A stretch of DNA of 64,000 bases from a virus. The notes under the pieces are model-generated. The model did no database searches and had not been told where the DNA came from. It worked only from the letters and a program-made list of their open reading frames with translations. The stretch covers positions 84,740-148,739 of the IMG/VR virus record IMGVR_UViG_3300017769_000001; one strand, written 5' to 3'. This document shows, one piece after another, positions 63,948-64,000 of the stretch. The translations under genes were made by a program, and so were the position numbers. Each line of letters begins with the position of its first letter. The first letter of the stretch is position 1.

Positions 63948-64000
63948 TGATTTCAAAGATAACCGACTATTACATAAACGATGGAGACTTCCAAACTTAT
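63948..64000 (+). CDS. partial hypothetical protein (runs off window)
   Basis: GAGG RBS, MISKITDYY... Confidence 0.5.

Noticed and set aside
1-64000. Prophage or bacterial chromosome context
   Set aside because: No integrase, repressor or host housekeeping operons; phoH, groES, recA-like and dnaE-like genes sit within T4-type phage operons

Overview
A 64-kb internal segment of a large lytic T4-related myophage, distant from T4 itself. Spanins and a gp55-type sigma factor indicate a Gram-negative host. Layout: (1) 1-15,060, mostly minus strand: RNase H, the head module (gp23, gp22, gp21, core proteins, gp20, gp2), a Prim-Pol/HTH protein, a RuvC-like resolvase, gp46/47 and the late sigma factor gp55. 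(2) 15,488-53,043: tail, baseplate, fibre and lysis genes, with the terminase subunits and a six-gene zinc-ribbon array on the opposite strand. (3) 53,257-64,000: PhoH, intein-containing UvsX/RecA, UvsY, UvsW, GroES, the clamp loader and a family-C (DnaE) polymerase core split over two distant small genes. Late genes are marked by about 25 TAAATA boxes, several embedded in RBS-sequestering hairpins. Most notable unexplained signals: a ~55-85-bp palindrome-containing element present twice at 15.2-15.4 kb and once inverted at 53.1 kb, bracketing the whole morphogenesis block (candidate origin/priming site for the Prim-Pol protein, or inversion site); the split minimal DnaE; four tail-collar proteins with inserted beta-propellers plus a reusable docking peptide; a six-member Zn-ribbon array; a candidate late small RNA; and a possibly catalytically dead Acb1-like protein. 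No tRNA, rRNA, CRISPR array or integrase was seen. All family assignments come from motif recognition by eye, not from database searches.
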